Origin: Lama guanicoe
Lineage: Eukaryota
DNA: 64,000 nucleotides
NCBI GenBank assembly: GCA_013239625.1
Contig: MU054212.1
Location: 7,104,270 to 7,168,269, forward strand
Reading direction: 5' to 3'
Part shown: piece by piece, positions 61,001-64,000 of the stretch
Position numbering within the stretch: the stretch's first letter is position 1
How the letters are laid out: every line of letters begins with the position of its first letter
Position numbers and translations under genes: made by a program
Notes under the pieces: generated by a model
Databases searched by the model: none
What the model was told of the DNA's origin: nothing
The model's input: only the letters and a program-made list of their open reading frames with translations

Positions 61001-64000
61001 CGTGTGTGTGTGTGTGTGTGCGTGCGCGCGCGGAGGGGCGCAGCGATTATCTCGGGGAGCCCGGCGCCCGCCGCGCCCGGGACCGCCCGGGACACTTCTC
61101 CCGGTACTTCGCTCTCGGGGCTTGGCTGTGCCTCCTCTACGGGTGAATTTCCGAGCGCTCGGCCCCGCTCGACTTTCCTCTCTGCTGCTCCGGAGACCTT
61201 TGTGTGGCAATTACCACTCCCTCCCGGCCCCTCCACCCCCCGGAATTTCATCAATAACTCTCTGTGCACGGTCTGTGTGTATGTTCGGCGTTTGTGAGTT
61301 CATACATTTTCCACGTGCATGCACGGTGTGTGTCCGACCCGGACTTGTGGGGCGTGTGCATGTGGGCTAGGTCGTTGCGTGTCTGTGTGCCGTGTCGTGT
61401 GCATTATGTATGCACACTGATACGTTCAGTGTTTTGTGTGGATCAAGTTCGTTGCAGTTTGTAGGTATTGTGCTCTGCTCGATGTTTGTGTGTACATTCC
61501 GTGCACGTGTGTGCAATTTGTGAGTGTGTGAGTCGGAGTGTGTGTGTTCGGTGAAGTTGGGTCAGTGTCATTTGTAGCGGGAGGATAAGAGTGTACAGCT
61601 AGGTGTGTTTCACTGCTGGCTTCCTGGGCGGTGTTACTTGGCTGCTTTTCCTTTTCTTTAACCTTTCGGAGCTTACGTTTTAATCAGCGAAAGAATGTCT
61701 CTATAGAAATGCTGGTTGGCAGAGGGGCGTCGGCGTCTTTGGTTTGATGCATGTGTATGTGTGGATTTTTCTCTTTTTTCTTCAGCATCTTCTTTTAAAA
61801 GACAGCTGTAAACGTTGTTTTTTTAAAGGATATTTCTGTACAGTGTGTCTCACGGGAATGCAAGGCATTACATTTGAAGCTCAGCCTTTCAGGGTTTCGG
61901 CTGCATAAATTAAATATTTATTCACCAACTTACTGTCTGTTATAAATTGGCCAAAAGAAAGCAGACTGCATGCAGCAGGGGGGGAAAAAGACCTCAGGAT
62001 ATGTTATTGGGTTGACTTTGTGAAAATTGTTTTACTGTAACTATGATTTTTTTTTAAGCTTTTAAGTAACTACATCATGTTCAAGGAGAACATTTGTCAA
62101 AAGTAATTATCTGAGTTTGGTTGAAGGGCCTTGCTGGTATGTCTCTGGATTCTGGCAAAGGGTTTTAGATAATTGGCCCTATTGCCCTGGAAAGAAGTGA
62201 CAGAAGTCCTTTTTAATTGCAATCTAGTTATTGGTAGCTGGAGTGGCCAGGCCCCGTTGTTTCATCTTTTAATTTGTAGTAGTGTATGTTATGATTTCTC
62301 CTCTTATCTGTGATTGTGTTAATCACTAAATCACTCACGCTCCTGTGGATGAATGGTCAGGTGATAGTCATTCTCTAATGAACTGTGTCTGGGAGAGAAA
62401 ACTTATTTGTGAGGAATATGTGAAAACTAAGCAGTAAGTGTTAAGTAGATGCCAGATTGATGTTATCACTGAATCTTTGCTGGAGCAGAGTACATTACTT
62501 ATTGTTTGCTCAGCTATTAATTCAGAATTGTGTGGGGGTGTGCAAGGTTTCTGGAAATGCATTATTCAGGTTCCTTGGAGTGGCAATCAAGTATTATTGG
62601 AGAGCTTCAGTGTATGTATTTTAAACAAGTGAACAGTGAGTTGATTTATAAATATTTTAAAATAATGATTCATGAATAAGCTCTATCTGCCTGCAGAGAA
62701 TTATTTAATAAATAACAGTCTGATGGAATTTAAAGCTAACCACTTGTATTCAATCAGTGTATGTTGCTATCCTTGAAATCACTGTGCTTTATTTGATCTG
62801 ATTATAACACTGAGTGTATTGCTGAATCTTAAAATAGGTATCTGAGTTAGTTTTGTGTTAAAAGTTGCATTTTCCTCTTGCAAAGTTCATCGGTGGGAAA
62901 AGACAAACTAGGAGTCATCAACACAAAGGAATTAATGATAGACCAGATGTCTCTATTTTAACCAGACATATTGAACTAGTAGTTATGGTAATTTTTCAAT
63001 TTGGTTCAAGTTATTTTTCCCCTGGTAGTTGTACAAATGTGTATGTATTCAAAATGTGACAGTTGACATAAAATACTGAATAAAATAGCAAGTAATTGTT
63101 ACTGGAAATATCTTTTTCAGAAATTTGCCATTTGTAGTAGTGACTTATCACTCTTAACTTATTTTTGTGAAAAAAGAGAAATAGTTCTGTTTGGGTAGCA
63201 GTGACCATTTTTCATGTTTTCTTTATGATTGCATGAATGCTTATATACTGGTTCTAAACTTACATGAAAAACATTTTTACTCTTATAATTGATAGCATTA
63301 ATTTACACTCAGTGAAAACGGAGTGCCTTTTCTTTTTTAAAGCATTTCTGTAACATAAATACTATTGTGTATTTTACACTACCACTGCTGATTTTGCTGT
63401 GGTTGTTAAGGATTTTTAACAAAAAAACTCCATCAAATGTTAAACCAGCTGTCTGATTTTAAAAGTAAAGACTAAGGATGGATGGAAAATATGCATCTCA
63501 GTATGTGGTTCTTGCAGTATATGAACTAAAGAGAGAGTGTCCAGATTAAGAATAACCTTCCAATTCAAACAGTTTATACTACTTTTATATCGCTATATCC
63601 ATATATATGGATATACATCTCCTACTGTGTCTGTTTGCATGTGATTATCTTGAATGGGAGGATATTAGGACAGAGGAAATGCAAAATAGATTTTTTGAAC
63701 TGGGACCAAAAGCTTATGTTTAAATGTAGCTTTGTGTTCATTTTTAAGACAATGTATATGGAAGAACAGTTCTCTCTAGAATAACTAAGAACTTCGATTC
63801 AACAACAGAATTTTTGCTTTCCTTCTTTGTGAGAAAAGTACACACTCTCCAAATCTGTAAACTCTGAGTGACAACTCCAGGGATTTTGTTTTAGAGAGAG
63901 ATGCAGCCATCCAGCTCTACCAATTTTCTCATAGAAGTGTGTCATGTTTGTATGTGGTGGGCTTGTTTATCTAAGGAAAGGAGGAGTGGTGGCATAATTC
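60800..64000 (+). other. ASXL3: ASXL3 intron 1 (partial; exon 2 not seen in the window)
   Basis: Begins at the GT donor; I saw no sequence encoding the expected continuation (ALEKHPN...). Confidence 0.85.
60965..61032. repeat. 68-bp alternating (TG)n/(CG)n tract
   Basis: Uninterrupted pyrimidine-purine alternation. Confidence 0.95.

Larger units (their letters stand above)
60140..61400 (+). promoter_or_regulatory. ASXL3: CpG island covering the ASXL3 promoter, 5' UTR, exon 1 and start of intron 1
   Basis: Abrupt switch to very GC- and CpG-rich sequence in an otherwise CpG-depleted window; surrounds the ASXL3 ATG. Confidence 0.92.

Noticed and set aside
60746..61297. 183-aa ORF starting at the ASXL3 ATG as a full protein
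   Set aside because: Only the first 18 codons match ASXL3; the rest is read-through past the GT donor into GC-rich intron with CV repeats from the TG microsatellite
59959..61464. Many overlapping 70-183 aa ORFs on both strands in the CpG island
   Set aside because: Expected from stop-codon scarcity in GC-rich, low-complexity DNA; products are Arg/Pro/Ala-rich or HT/CV repeats with no recognisable domain

Overview
Mammalian genomic DNA, AT-rich and dense in repeats. The youngest L1 3' ends look cetartiodactyl, possibly camelid; this is an inference. I recognised no Alu, B1, Bov-A or PRE-1 SINEs. The first ~60 kb is intergenic sequence upstream of ASXL3. The only host coding sequence is ASXL3 coding exon 1 (60746-60799, MKDKRKKKDRTWAEAARL, GT donor at 60800), which lies in a CpG island and is followed by intron 1. 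The upstream region holds layered L1 fragments, L2/MIR, hAT and Tigger DNA-transposon fossils (MER20, MER5, MER63, a Charlie-like element with a nested MER2), MaLR-like LTRs, and a decayed env-less class I ERV provirus (34279-~40565). I found no new protein-coding system; nearly all ORF-track entries are chance ORFs or repeat remnants. The most interesting signals are: (1) a TSD-flanked, poly(A)-tailed ~1.56 kb insertion of non-coding mosaic sequence inside an old L1, a candidate retrocopy or orphan transduction; (2) a 3'-truncated L1 that still has a TSD; (3) two out-of-frame uATGs packed against the ASXL3 start, one ending in an overlapping ATGA stop/start; (4) a perfect 19-bp promoter duplication that doubles an NF-kB-consensus site; (5) Z-DNA-prone tracts on both sides of exon 1. 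Repeat family names come from recalled consensus sequences, not a database search, and boundaries are approximate unless stated.
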